Of a stretch of 64,000 nt of DNA, positions 63,500-64,000 are shown piece after piece (positions within the stretch are counted from its first letter, which is position 1; every line of letters starts with the position of its first letter). The stretch comes from Antedon mediterranea (lineage: Eukaryota; Animalia; Echinodermata): NCBI RefSeq assembly GCF_964355755.1, contig NC_092679.1, positions 2,386,201 to 2,450,200 on the forward strand, given 5' to 3'. Position numbers and translations under genes: made by a program. Under the pieces are notes generated by a model. That model was not told where the DNA came from. It did not search any database and saw only the letters and a program-made list of their open reading frames with translations.

Positions 63500-63645
63500 A
63501 GCTCTGTCTCTACTATTAAACTAGTTTGACAAAAAATGTGTGATGTGCCCAAATATGATGCTTAAATATGATAGTGATATGACATCATAATGTCCATATT
63601 TGTGCACATTGCATTTTGTTTTTCACATAAAGTTTGATAGTGTAA
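63500..63645. mobile_element. MITE family A
   Basis: Left TIR after TAA, degenerate right TIR. Confidence 0.8.
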
Positions 63646-64000
63646 AGAGATCGGACCCAGAATATAGGACTTATGCATTTGAATAATAAAGAAATATTAC
63701 GCCCAACAGAATAAATATAAAATACATCTAGGTAATCAGACATTTTGGTAAACAGAACACTCGGTTCGTGCTCATCAGAAGAAGTAGTGCCAAGCGAAAT
63801 GTAAAACTAATATGACAAAGTTGTACCTATTGATTCGCTTTCTGTTCTAATAATAGTACTGTGATGTTTAAGTGCATCTTGTCTGTCAAACCAAACATTA
63901 GCTTCAAGTTGAATGATCAACGTTTAGTTTACAGTATAAAACATAATGTCTGTTTTAAATTGGTACTATTGATTATCTTATGTAGCTTTCTTGTGTTTGT

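Overview
AT-rich animal genomic DNA with spliceosomal GT-AG introns. An invertebrate deuterostome such as an echinoderm is my inference from gene similarity and repeat style; it is not proven. Two genes converge tail-to-tail. On the + strand are the last three coding exons of a Hedgehog acyltransferase (HHAT, MBOAT family), ending at 7110. On the - strand is a complete 10-exon ether-a-go-go K+ channel gene (EAG/KCNH1/5 type), 62253 to 19355. I assembled its CDS by hand as 3033 nt (1010 aa) with consistent splice phases and a 26-kb first intron. The rest is dense in non-autonomous transposons: four PIF/Harbinger-like MITE families, Kolobok-like, Tc1-like and Helentron/HINE-like elements, tRNA-derived SINEs and truncated LINEs. 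It also holds many minisatellites. Main leads: (1) the HHAT-EAG convergent pair matches the human HHAT-KCNH1 arrangement; (2) a phase-compatible candidate alternative exon in EAG intron 3 could give a PAS-less isoform like hERG1b; (3) the palindrome TAGGCCTA is strongly over-represented and may be a transposon footprint; (4) CGCGCG-core minisatellites cluster in EAG intron 1; (5) there are nested insertions and MITE-derived satellites. Repeat boundaries and counts were read by eye and are approximate. No CRISPR or prokaryotic system is present.
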